NCBI GenBank assembly: GCA_946630825.1
Contig: CAMOZG010000001.1
Location: 1-46,171, forward strand
Source of the DNA: an uncultured Lachnospiraceae bacterium
Lineage (GTDB): Bacteria; Bacillota; Clostridia; Lachnospirales; Lachnospiraceae
Length of the DNA: 46,171 nt
Direction of reading: 5' to 3'
A model generated the notes under the pieces. The model worked only from the letters and a program-made list of their open reading frames with translations, made no database searches and was not told the DNA's origin. The translations under genes and the position numbers were made by a program. Shown piece after piece: positions 1-8,694 of this stretch (the first letter of the stretch is position 1; the number at the start of each line of letters is the position of its first letter).

Positions 1-26
1 TACACGGTTTGCAAATATTCTACCAT

Positions 27-686
27 TTATGGCTGTAAATTGCAAAAAAAACAGGCACACTTTGACGATCCTATTACATAGCTGCCGTGATCCTCCCCGG
101 GAAGCACTTCCATCCTGCAGTCCGGTATGATCCCTGCCATCCGCTTTCCGTCCTTTTCCTTTACCATGTCGTGCTGTCCGTAGACCAAAAGCACCGGGCA
201 GGTGATCCTCTTTAGGATGTCGTCAGACAGATCCGGTTCCTTAAGCATCATTTCCGTAAGGGGGCTTCCATTCTTTTTAAACTGCTTTTTTATTTCCGAC
301 CGTGCCGAAAAGGTGAGACCCTTGGGATTTGAATTTGCCCCACAGGCTATGATATCAGAAAAGAGCTCAGGCTTTTTTGATGCCGCTAAAAGGGCTGTGA
401 TGCCTCCGTCACTGAAGCCAAAAACAGTGGGGGCTTTGATATCCAGACCCTCTATAAAATTTATCAGATCCGTTGCCATATCTTCATAGTGATACTCACT
501 GGGGGTGGCGGAAAGCCCATGTCCCCGGGTGTCTATGGCATATATGGTATAATCCTTTGGCAAAGCCGATATCAGCTCATCAAATATGCTGTGATCCTCC
601 CCGTTGCCGTGGAGGAGAATGAGATCCTTATCTCCCTCACCCTTTTTTTCATAATAAAGGATCTGACCCTCAAGCTGTATATACAT
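27..686 (-). CDS. alpha/beta-fold hydrolase (219 aa)
   Basis: ORF track. LLHGNGEDHS motif near the N-terminus, nucleophile elbow GFSDGG, and a C-terminal acidic/His pair (GEDHGS) fit a Ser-Asp-His alpha/beta hydrolase. GGGGTG Shine-Dalgarno-like element lies just upstream of the ATG. Confidence 0.8.
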   Translation of the reverse strand: MYIQLEGQILYYEKKGEGDKDLILLHGNGEDHSIFDELISALPKDYTIYAIDTRGHGLSATPSEYHYEDMATDLINFIEGLDIKAPTVFGFSDGGITALLAASKKPELFSDIIACGANSNPKGLTFSARSEIKKQFKKNGSPLTEMMLKEPDLSDDILKRITCPVLLVYGQHDMVKEKDGKRMAGIIPDCRMEVLPGEDHGSYVIGSSKCACFFCNLQP

Positions 687-708
687 TTTTTCACCCCATC
701 ATCCGCTC

Positions 709-717
709 TATTGTAGC
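709..717 (-). promoter_or_regulatory. putative extended -10 promoter element (TGCTACAAT) for the hydrolase gene
   Basis: Minus strand reads AAAAGTGCTACAATAG about 22 nt upstream of the ATG at 686. It has TGn plus a TACAAT hexamer. The only -35-like hexamer (TTGTAA, 730-735) has a suboptimal 15-nt spacer. Confidence 0.35.
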
Positions 718-731
718 ACTTTTCAATAATT

Positions 732-762
732 ACAAAAAAGGATCTCGTAAAGAGATCCTTAA
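732..762 (-). terminator. Rho-independent terminator downstream of serS
   Basis: Minus strand reads AAGGATCTC-TTTAC-GAGATCCTT (9-bp stem, 738-746 / 752-760) running into TTTTTTG. It starts 16 nt after the serS stop codon. Confidence 0.7.
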
Positions 763-776
763 AAACCTTAGAAAGA

Positions 777-2060
777 TTATGCAGGAATAAGCACTTTCGT
801 GCCGCCCATATACGGCTGCAACACCTCAGGGATCCTTACGCTTCCGTCTGCCTGGAGATTGTTCTCTAAAAATGCGATAAGCATTCTCGGAGGTGCCACC
901 ACTGTGTTGTTAAGAGTGTGGGCAAAGTATTTGTCCTTGCCGCTTCTGACTCTGATGCCAAGTCTTCTTGCCTGGGCATCTCCTAAGTTGGAGCAGCTTC
1001 CCACCTCAAAGTATTTCTTCTGTCTGGGGCTCCATGCCTCCACATCACAGGATTTCACCTTCAGATCTGCCAGATCTCCTGAGCAGCACTCCAGGGTGCG
1101 GACAGGGATATCCAGACTTCTGAAAAGATCCACTGTGTTTTGCCAGAGCTTGTCATACCACTCCATGGATTCCTCCGGCTTGCAGACCACTATCATTTCC
1201 TGTTTTTCAAACTGATGTATACGGTATACTCCCCTTTCCTCTATACCATGGGCACCCTTTTCCTTTCTGAAGCAGGGTGAATAGCTGGTAAGGGTGTAGG
1301 GCAGGGATTCCTCGTCATTTATGGTGTCTATGAATTTACCGATCATGGAGTGCTCTGAGGTACCTATGAGGTAGAGATCCTCTCCCTCGATCTTGTACAT
1401 CATGGCATCCATTTCCTCAAAGCTCATGACCCCGGTCACCACATTGGAACGGATCATGAAGGGAGGTACGCAGTAGGTAAAGCCCCTGTCGATCATAAAG
1501 TCTCTGGCATAGGCTATTACGGAGCTGTGAAGTCTGGCAATATCTCCCATGAGATAGTAAAAGCCGTTGCCTGCCACCTTTCCTGCAGCGTCCAGATCTA
1601 TGCCGTTAAAGCGCTCCATTATCTCTGTATGATAGGGGATCTCAAAATCGGGAACCACCGGATCACCAAACCTTTCGATCTCCACATTCTTGCTGTCGTC
1701 CTCACCTATGGGAACCGAAGGATCTATGATGTTGGGGATCACCATCATCCTCTTTTTGATCTCCTCGGAGAGAGTGGACTGCTTCTCCTCCAACTCAGCT
1801 AAGCGCTCTGCATTCTTTGCCACCTCAGCCTTTACTGCCTCGGCTTCATCTTTTTTGCCTTCCTTCATCAGACCGCCGATCTGCTTGGAGAGCACGTTCT
1901 TTTGATTTCTGAGATCATCCCCCTCCTGCTGGACAGCACGAACCTCTTTGTCAAGTTCTATGACCTCGTCCACTAAAGGAAGCTTCTTGTCCTGAAATTT
2001 TTTTCTAATATTATCCTTTACTATATCAGGATTCTCACGCAAAAATTTAATGTCTATCAT
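777..2060 (-). CDS. serS: seryl-tRNA synthetase
   Basis: 427 aa. N-terminal MIDIKFLRENPDIV coiled-coil arm and a class II aaRS core (FRKEKGAHG..., GSCSNLGDAQARRL), all typical of SerS. Confidence 0.97.
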   Translation of the reverse strand: MIDIKFLRENPDIVKDNIRKKFQDKKLPLVDEVIELDKEVRAVQQEGDDLRNQKNVLSKQIGGLMKEGKKDEAEAVKAEVAKNAERLAELEEKQSTLSEEIKKRMMVIPNIIDPSVPIGEDDSKNVEIERFGDPVVPDFEIPYHTEIMERFNGIDLDAAGKVAGNGFYYLMGDIARLHSSVIAYARDFMIDRGFTYCVPPFMIRSNVVTGVMSFEEMDAMMYKIEGEDLYLIGTSEHSMIGKFIDTINDEESLPYTLTSYSPCFRKEKGAHGIEERGVYRIHQFEKQEMIVVCKPEESMEWYDKLWQNTVDLFRSLDIPVRTLECCSGDLADLKVKSCDVEAWSPRQKKYFEVGSCSNLGDAQARRLGIRVRSGKDKYFAHTLNNTVVAPPRMLIAFLENNLQADGSVRIPEVLQPYMGGTKVLIPA

Positions 2061-2088
2061 TCTCTATCTATCTCCTATATAGCCAAAT

Positions 2089-3336
2089 CTAAAACCTACC
2101 GCTCAAGGGATATTTTGCAACTATGTCAGCAATGATGGCTCCGGCTTTTTCCACTCCTGCCTCGCCTTCATTTATTACGGTTGCTATGGCATCTGCCACC
2201 TTGTCAAAGTCATCTGTTCCGAGACCACGGCTGGTGGAGGCGGGAGTACCCAGACGGATACCGCTGGTAACGAAGGGTGACTTGGGATCGTTTGGTACTG
2301 TATTCTTGTTGGCTGTGATGTGAGCTCTATCCAAAAGCTTCTCCACTTCCTTACCTGTCAGATCCTTGGGAACCAGATTTACAAGCATCAGGTGATTGTC
2401 GGTACCTCCCGATACTATGGATACGCCCCTGTCCATAAGCCCCTTGCAAAGAGCCTGGGCATTATTTACTATGTTTTTGGCATAGTCGGAAAACTCAGGT
2501 GACAGTGCCTCCTTGAAGCAGACTGCCTTTGCCGCTATCACATGCATAAGAGGCCCACCCTGAATACCGGGGAAAACAGCCTTGTTAAAGTTATACTTTT
2601 CATTGGCTTCTTTGGTGGCAAGTATCAGTCCGCCTCTGGGTCCCCGAAGGGTCTTGTGGGTGGTGGTAGTCACAATGTCCGCATAGGGAACCGGAGACTC
2701 ATGCATGCCTCCTGCCACCAATCCTGCAATGTGAGCCATATCCACCATGAGTACGGCACCTACCTCATCAGCTATCTCTTTAAACTTCTTAAAGTCGATC
2801 TTTCTGGCATAGGCAGATGCACCTGCAATTATAAGCTTGGGTCTGCACTCCTTTGCCAGCTTCATCACATTGTCGTAATCAATAAACCCATCATCATTTA
2901 CACCATAGGGCACTATATTAAAGTACCTGCCGGAAAAATTAACCGGACTTCCGTGGGTCAGGTGTCCGCCGTGATCTAAGCTCATGCCCATGATGGTGTC
3001 TCCCGGCTCACATACAGCAAACTGCACAGCCATATTTGCCTGGGCTCCCGAATGGGGCTGTACATTTGCATAGTCAGCACCAAAAAGCTCTTTGGCTCTG
3101 TCTATGGCGAGCTGCTCTGCCACATCAACTATCTCACATCCGCCGTAATAACGCTTTCCGGGATAACCTTCCGCGTACTTGTTGGTAAGTACCGACCCCA
3201 TGGCGGACATTACTGCCGGGCTAACCCAGTTTTCCGAAGCTATAAGTTCTATGTGGTCTGACTGTCTGGCATACTCGTTGCAGATAACCTCTGCAATCTC
3301 GGGGTCAACATTTCTGATATCGTCTATTGAATACAT
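2089..3336 (-). CDS. glyA: serine hydroxymethyltransferase
   Basis: 415 aa. [27 protein letters not shown] and the PLP-lysine region [14 protein letters not shown] are canonical SHMT signatures. Confidence 0.97.
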   Translation of the reverse strand: MYSIDDIRNVDPEIAEVICNEYARQSDHIELIASENWVSPAVMSAMGSVLTNKYAEGYPGKRYYGGCEIVDVAEQLAIDRAKELFGADYANVQPHSGAQANMAVQFAVCEPGDTIMGMSLDHGGHLTHGSPVNFSGRYFNIVPYGVNDDGFIDYDNVMKLAKECRPKLIIAGASAYARKIDFKKFKEIADEVGAVLMVDMAHIAGLVAGGMHESPVPYADIVTTTTHKTLRGPRGGLILATKEANEKYNFNKAVFPGIQGGPLMHVIAAKAVCFKEALSPEFSDYAKNIVNNAQALCKGLMDRGVSIVSGGTDNHLMLVNLVPKDLTGKEVEKLLDRAHITANKNTVPNDPKSPFVTSGIRLGTPASTSRGLGTDDFDKVADAIATVINEGEAGVEKAGAIIADIVAKYPLSGRF

Positions 3337-3358
3337 ATTGGCTCCTTTTTACTATTAT

Positions 3359-5623
3359 TTATTTCTTTTTTACACCTATCCTGGTCTTCATCACATACCA
3401 AAGCTCTGTAGCGATACAGATGGATGAGTATGTACCGCAGATCACACCCACCAAAAGAGGCAGGGCAAACTCACGGATGGTTGACACACCTAAGATCAAA
3501 AGCATCAAAACCATGATGGCAGTGGTAATGGATGTGGATATGGATCTGGAAAGTGTCTGGGAGATACTCTCATTTGCCATGGCAGCATAACTTTCCGCGT
3601 CCTTTTTAAGCATACCGTGGGCATTCTCACGGAGACGGTCAAATATAACGATAGTATCGTTTACAGAGTAACCTATAACCGTAAGCATACATGCGATAAA
3701 CGCAGATCCCACAGAGATACGAGCCACTGCGTAAAGTGCCAGCACTACAAGCACGTCATGGATCAGTGCGATTATGGCAGATGAAGCAAATCTCAGATCC
3801 TTGAATCTGAACCAGATGTAAAGGAGCATCAGTATGGCTGCCACAATAACTGCTATGAGTGACTGTCTGCGCATCTCGCCACCTATGGTGGAGCTTATGT
3901 TTTCTGAAGATATCTTGTCCTCTGTGATACCAAAGTTTTCTTCAAACATGGTATTTAAAGCTTCACGCTCATCCAGATCGAGGGTACGGGTCTTGAAGAT
4001 AATGCCTGTACCGTCATCAACCTTTGAGGTCTGGATATCATTGTCACCGGTGATCTCTGATACCAGAGGAACTATGTCGCTGTCGATCTCAGAAAGGGAA
4101 TACTCTTTGTCAAAGTTTACAGTGGTTGAAGTACCGCCCAAAAACTCAAGGCTGTAGTTAAGTCCGTATCCCTTTACACTGTGTACCCCTATTGAAACCA
4201 ATCCTATACATATCACTAAAAGTGATACTCCGAAAAATGCCTTTCTTTTTCCGATAAAGTCAATGACCTTGACCTTCTTGGCGCGACCGTAAAGCTTTTC
4301 ATCAGTCAGCCCCACTGCATAGAGGCTTCTCATGATCCATCTTGTAACCGCAAGAGCTGTAAACATGGACAAAAGCACACCGATAGCCAGGGTCACAGCG
4401 AAGCCCTTTACCATACCGCTTCCAAGTCCGCCGAGGACTGCTGCGGCAATAAGGGTGGTTATATTTCCGTCTAAAATAGCAGACAAAGCCTTTTTGAAGC
4501 CTGATTCTATGGATGCTGCCACACCCTTGCCGGAAGCGATCTCCTCACGGATACGAGCAAAGATGATAACGTTGGCATCCACCGCCATACCGATGGAAAG
4601 GATGATACCTGCAATACCCGAAAGGGAAAGAGCAATGTCATACAGATATAATATAGCGATCATGATCACCGAGTAGATGGCGAGTGCCAAAGATGCTGCC
4701 AAACCGGGAAGCCTGTACATGGCGATCATAAAGAGCATTACGATTATAAGTCCTATTACTGCTGCCAAAAATGCAGTGGACAAAGCGTCAGATCCCAGTG
4801 TAGCTCCCACTACCCTTGACTCCAACTCCTCAAGCTGTACGTTAAGTCCACCGATCCTTATGAAGCTTGCCAGAGAGGATGCCTCTTCAAAGTCCTCCAT
4901 ACCGTTTATAACTGCCTGACCGTTGGTGATCTCTGCAGATACGGAAGGCACACTTACGAATTTGCCGTCATAGTAAATGGCTATGGTGTCTTCGTTATTG
5001 GCATAGGCCGCTCTGGTTGCCTCGGCAAAAGCCTCTGTACCTGAGTCATTAAGTGTAAGCTGTACCACAGGCTTCTGTGCACTGGTGTTTTTGTCCTGCT
5101 CATAGGATGCTACTGCAGACTGTACATCTGTACCTGTCAGTACCACATCACCGCTGGCAGTGAGTTCCTCTATGGATGCTGTAAGCTCATAGCCTGTATC
5201 CCCAAGTGTGTAGTTTTCATCTCCATTGTCATTTAAGTGACGGATGAAATACAGATCACCGGGTGAACCCAACTGCTCCAAAAGCTCGTTGGCATCCTTG
5301 ACTCCGGGAACCTCCACTGCTATACGGTCATCACCCACACGGTAAACCGTACCCTCGGTAGAGGAGTTTTCTCCCAGCTCTGAATCCACACGCTGCTGAA
5401 GCTTGTAGACCGTATCCTCCATCTCCTCGTCAGTGTATTTTCCACCCACTGCCTGATAGGTGATGGATACTCCGCCTGCCAGATCAAGTCCCAGCTTTAA
5501 GCTGTCATCTGTCTGGTTTTTTGTTCCGTTGATGATAGTTGCGGCATAAAAGCCCAATCCCCCTATGATCGCAATGATCAAAATGAGACTTACAACTCCC
5601 TGCCACTTTTTCATTCGCTTCAT
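3359..5623 (-). CDS. secDF: fused protein-export membrane protein SecDF
   Basis: 754 aa. N-terminal TM segment plus periplasmic-type P1 domain (LGLDLAGGVSITYQ), followed by two 6-TM RND-like halves (second half LEFLGGTS..., DTIVIFDRLREN). Confidence 0.92.
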   Translation of the reverse strand: MKRMKKWQGVVSLILIIAIIGGLGFYAATIINGTKNQTDDSLKLGLDLAGGVSITYQAVGGKYTDEEMEDTVYKLQQRVDSELGENSSTEGTVYRVGDDRIAVEVPGVKDANELLEQLGSPGDLYFIRHLNDNGDENYTLGDTGYELTASIEELTASGDVVLTGTDVQSAVASYEQDKNTSAQKPVVQLTLNDSGTEAFAEATRAAYANNEDTIAIYYDGKFVSVPSVSAEITNGQAVINGMEDFEEASSLASFIRIGGLNVQLEELESRVVGATLGSDALSTAFLAAVIGLIIVMLFMIAMYRLPGLAASLALAIYSVIMIAILYLYDIALSLSGIAGIILSIGMAVDANVIIFARIREEIASGKGVAASIESGFKKALSAILDGNITTLIAAAVLGGLGSGMVKGFAVTLAIGVLLSMFTALAVTRWIMRSLYAVGLTDEKLYGRAKKVKVIDFIGKRKAFFGVSLLVICIGLVSIGVHSVKGYGLNYSLEFLGGTSTTVNFDKEYSLSEIDSDIVPLVSEITGDNDIQTSKVDDGTGIIFKTRTLDLDEREALNTMFEENFGITEDKISSENISSTIGGEMRRQSLIAVIVAAILMLLYIWFRFKDLRFASSAIIALIHDVLVVLALYAVARISVGSAFIACMLTVIGYSVNDTIVIFDRLRENAHGMLKKDAESYAAMANESISQTLSRSISTSITTAIMVLMLLILGVSTIREFALPLLVGVICGTYSSICIATELWYVMKTRIGVKKK

Positions 5624-5714
5624 TTCCTTTGTCTCCTTGCTATATTATTTTTGAGGGGCTTGTGTAGCACTTTTTAATTAGCTGTAGCTACACTAGTACC
5701 CTTATAAACAATGG

Positions 5715-7088
5715 TTATTGCTCCTTTAGCTCCCGGGCAGCCTTAAGCATGATGGCACATTCTACCCGCTTTCTCATAAGAGCACAGCCCACCTCGTAGG
5801 TGCCTCTTATATCTCCGGTAAAATGATAGGCATTGGCGGCGCAGCCTCCGCTGCAGTAATACTTTGCAAAGCATTCGCTGCACTCTTTCCGGGAGTACAC
5901 ATTGCAGCCCTTGAACTCCTGTTGAAGTTCTTTATTCTGGATGCCATTATACACATCCCCTATCTTCATGCCGTCATTTCCCACAAACTGATGACAGGGA
6001 TAAAGCTCCCCGGTGGGAGTCACCGACAGATATTCCGTGCCGCTGCCGCAGCCTGAAAGCCTCTTATATACACAGGGACCTCCCTCCAGATCTATCATAA
6101 AGTGGAAGAAATTAAACTCCCTGTCGGTATCCATCCGCTCTGCCATTTCCGCAGCAAGCCTGTCGTACTCTTCGTAAAGCTCAGGCAGATCCTCCATGGT
6201 AAGGGCATACTGCTCATCCTCAGGAGCCACCACCGGCTCCACGGATATCTGCTTAAAGCCCAGATCCGCCAGATGAAGCACATCCTTTGAAAAATCCTTG
6301 TTGCCTGCGGTAAATGTACCTCTCACATAGTATCTGTCCTGGTTACGTGAGTCTGCAAGCTTTTTAAACTTTGGAACGATCAGGTCATAGCTTCCGTCTC
6401 CCCGGATAAAGGGTCTCATCCTGTCATGGACCTCTTTACGTCCGTCAATGGACAAAACCACGTTGTCCATCTCCCGGTTTACAAATTCCATCACCTCATC
6501 ATCCAAAAGTACGCCATTAGTGGTAAGAGTAAATCTGAAATGCTTGTCGTGTTCTTTTTCCACGGATCTGCCGTATGCCACAAGATCCTTTACCACCTGC
6601 CAGTTGAGAAGAGGTTCTCCTCCGAAGAAATCCACCTCCAAATTGTGACGGCTGCCGGAGTTTTCTATCAGAAAATCCAAAGCCTGCTTCCCCACTTCAA
6701 AGGGCATAAGCTCCGCTTTTTTCCCGTGATACAGCCCCTCTTCGGCAAAACAGTATTTGCAGGAGAGATTGCAGGCATGTGCCACATGGAGGCAAAGAGC
6801 TTTTACCACTGTGGGTCTTTTGGTGTAGTCAATGACCCTGTCCTTATACACATCCTCGGAAAACAGGTCTCCGGATTCTTTAAGCTGTCCGATCTCCTCA
6901 TATACTTCGCCAAGCTCATCCTCCGAAACTGAGGGATGCATGGACTTCATTTTGCTGAAAATGTCGTCCCTGTCATTGTCCTCATAGAGTCCCACCATGT
7001 CATAGGCGATATCATCAAATACATGAACGGCTCCGCTGTCCACATCCAGCACGATATTGTATCCGTTGTTTTTGTAACAGTGAACCAA
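5715..7088 (-). CDS. scfB: thioether cross-link-forming SCIFF peptide maturase (radical SAM / SPASM)
   Basis: 457 aa. Radical-SAM CX3CX2C motif (CNLSCKYC) and a C-terminal Cys-rich SPASM region (CGSGTEYLSV..., CSECFAKYYCSGGCAANAY). N-terminus MVHCYKNNGYNIVLDVDSGAVHV resembles known SCIFF maturases. It sits directly downstream of a SCIFF precursor. The start codon is TTG (revcomp of caa at 7086-7088), preceded by AAAGGAG. Confidence 0.9.
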   Translation of the reverse strand: MVHCYKNNGYNIVLDVDSGAVHVFDDIAYDMVGLYEDNDRDDIFSKMKSMHPSVSEDELGEVYEEIGQLKESGDLFSEDVYKDRVIDYTKRPTVVKALCLHVAHACNLSCKYCFAEEGLYHGKKAELMPFEVGKQALDFLIENSGSRHNLEVDFFGGEPLLNWQVVKDLVAYGRSVEKEHDKHFRFTLTTNGVLLDDEVMEFVNREMDNVVLSIDGRKEVHDRMRPFIRGDGSYDLIVPKFKKLADSRNQDRYYVRGTFTAGNKDFSKDVLHLADLGFKQISVEPVVAPEDEQYALTMEDLPELYEEYDRLAAEMAERMDTDREFNFFHFMIDLEGGPCVYKRLSGCGSGTEYLSVTPTGELYPCHQFVGNDGMKIGDVYNGIQNKELQQEFKGCNVYSRKECSECFAKYYCSGGCAANAYHFTGDIRGTYEVGCALMRKRVECAIMLKAARELKEQ

Positions 7089-7136
7089 ATCGGCTCCTTT
7101 CTGTCTGAATAGTTACCTGTATTTTTACAGCAAGGC

Positions 7137-7166
7137 GACCGGAGGGAAAGACTAACCCCTCCGGTC
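7137..7166 (-). promoter_or_regulatory. GC-rich intercistronic stem-loop between the SCIFF precursor and maturase genes
   Basis: Minus strand reads GACCGGAGGG-GTTAGTCTTT-CCCTCCGGTC, a perfect 10-bp stem. No U-tract follows it (GCCTTGCTGTAAAAA). This fits an mRNA stabiliser, processing site or partial attenuator rather than a full terminator. Confidence 0.5.
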
Positions 7167-7212
7167 CCCCGGTTTGTTATTCAATTAATACTAAACTAAA
7201 ACCCCTAAAAAA

Positions 7213-7356
7213 TTACTTACTGTTCTCGCACTTCTGATTGCCTACAGTGCATGATGTCTTGCAGGCAGACTGGCATGATGTCTGGCACTCACCGCATCCA
7301 CCTGTCTTAACTGTGTTGTTGAGCTTTTTTGTCTTAAGAGTCTTAATATGCTTCAT
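7213..7356 (-). CDS. scfA: six-cysteine ranthipeptide precursor SCIFF (47 aa; absent from the ORF track because it is under 60 aa)
   Basis: Hand translation of the minus strand gives MKHIKTLKTKKLNNTVKTGGCGECQTSCQSACKTSCTVGNQKCENSK, stop TAA. Six Cys lie in the C-terminal 27 residues. The sequence closely matches the SCIFF family core GGCGECQTSCQSACKTSCTVGNQ as I remember it. GGAGG lies 8 nt upstream of the ATG. Confidence 0.9.
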   Translation of the reverse strand: MKHIKTLKTKKLNNTVKTGGCGECQTSCQSACKTSCTVGNQKCENSK

Positions 7357-7430
7357 ACCTGATTCCTCCACTTTTGTCTAATGTGATCCCCGATCACAGG
7401 TCGTATCGGGACTATCTGAAAATCCGTGAC

Positions 7431-7459
7431 ATTGTACCATAAATACACTCTCTGGTCAA
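7431..7459 (-). promoter_or_regulatory. SigA-type promoter for scfA-scfB
   Basis: Minus strand reads TTGACC - 17 nt - TACAAT, with TGG immediately upstream of the -10 (extended -10). The -35 overlaps the dapL stop codon (7456-7458). The predicted leader is ~65-70 nt. Confidence 0.6.
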
Positions 7460-8673
7460 GAATTCTTTGTGATCCGGCTGATCGCCTCCTTTGTATCCTC
7501 ATGGGTGCCAAAGGCAGTGAGTCTGAAGTATCCTTCACCGCTGGGACCGAAGCCGCTGCCCGGAGTTCCCACTATATTTTTCTCCTTTAAAAGATAGTCG
7601 AAAAAGTCCCAGGAGGTCATATCCTTTGGAGTCTTAAGCCAGATATAAGGTGCGTTTACTCCGCCGTACACATCATAACCGGCTTCCTGCAGTCCCTCCC
7701 TTATGACTTTAGCGTTTTCCATGTAATAGGCTATCTGCTCTCTTATCTCTTTTTGTCCCTCCGGGGAGTAGACCGCTTCTCCTGCTCTTTGGATGATGTA
7801 GGGTGCTCCGTTAAATTTCGTCCCGTGTCTTCTCGCCCACATATCATGAAGGGAAGTATTTCCGCACTTCAACTCCTTGGGCACCACGGTAAAGCCAAGT
7901 CTCACTCCGGTAAATCCGGCATTTTTGGAAAAGGATCTGATCTCTATGGCACAGCTTTTTGCTCCCTCACACTCAAATATGCTGTGGGGCACCTCATCCT
8001 CTGAGATATATGCCTCGTATGCCGCATCATATATGATGACGGCTCCGTTTTTTGCCGCATAGTCCACCCAGCCCTGGAGCTGATCCTTTGTAAGAGTGGT
8101 GCCGGTGGGATTATTGGGCAGGCACAGATATATGATGTCCGGCACTTCTTTTGGATATTCTGGTACAAAGCCGTTTTCAGCAGTGCAGGGAAGATATACT
8201 ATATCACTCCACTTCTGCTGGGACGGTATGTAGGTGCCGCATCTTCCCGCCATCACATTGGAATCCACATACACCGGATAAACGGGATCCGTAACGGATA
8301 TCACATTTTCAGTGCCAAAAAGCTCCTGTATATTTCCCGAGTCGCTTTTGGCTCCGTCGGATACAAAGATCTCATCCGGTTCAATATCCACCCCTCTTTC
8401 TTTATAGTCATGCTCTGAGATCACATCCCTTAAAAAGCCGTAGCCCAGATCCGGGGCATAGCCGTGAAAGCTTTCTGCCTCACCCATCTCATCCACAGCC
8501 TTGTGCATGGCTTTTATAATCGAAGGTGCTATGGGAAGGGTCACATCCCCTATTCCCAGACGGATCACCTTTGCCTCGGGATTCGCCTCCTTATATGCCG
8601 CCACCCTCTTTGCTATATCCGAAAAAAGATAGCTTCCCGGCAGCTTGCTGTAGTTAAAATTAACAGTATACAT
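7456..8673 (-). CDS. dapL: LL-diaminopimelate aminotransferase
   Basis: 405 aa. N-terminus [21 protein letters not shown]...[13 protein letters not shown] and the PLP region [14 protein letters not shown] are typical of DapL-type class I aminotransferases. Confidence 0.88.
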   Translation of the reverse strand: MYTVNFNYSKLPGSYLFSDIAKRVAAYKEANPEAKVIRLGIGDVTLPIAPSIIKAMHKAVDEMGEAESFHGYAPDLGYGFLRDVISEHDYKERGVDIEPDEIFVSDGAKSDSGNIQELFGTENVISVTDPVYPVYVDSNVMAGRCGTYIPSQQKWSDIVYLPCTAENGFVPEYPKEVPDIIYLCLPNNPTGTTLTKDQLQGWVDYAAKNGAVIIYDAAYEAYISEDEVPHSIFECEGAKSCAIEIRSFSKNAGFTGVRLGFTVVPKELKCGNTSLHDMWARRHGTKFNGAPYIIQRAGEAVYSPEGQKEIREQIAYYMENAKVIREGLQEAGYDVYGGVNAPYIWLKTPKDMTSWDFFDYLLKEKNIVGTPGSGFGPSGEGYFRLTAFGTHEDTKEAISRITKNS

Positions 8674-8694
8674 TCCATATCTCCCTCTATAACA

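Noticed and set aside
2061-2088. Looked for a T-box leader upstream of serS. Also looked for SAM, lysine or other riboswitches upstream of cysK, dapL, the DAHP synthase gene and proA.
   Set aside because: Spacers are only 8-31 nt, too short for any riboswitch or T-box. The only riboswitch-sized gap (18196..18445) contains the FMN element.
7353-7538. 61-aa minus-strand ORF overlapping the dapL 3' end, the scfA promoter and the leader.
   Set aside because: It is out of frame with dapL and ends just inside scfA. It has no ribosome-binding site. The region is better explained by the promoter, the leader and the true 47-aa SCIFF gene in another frame.
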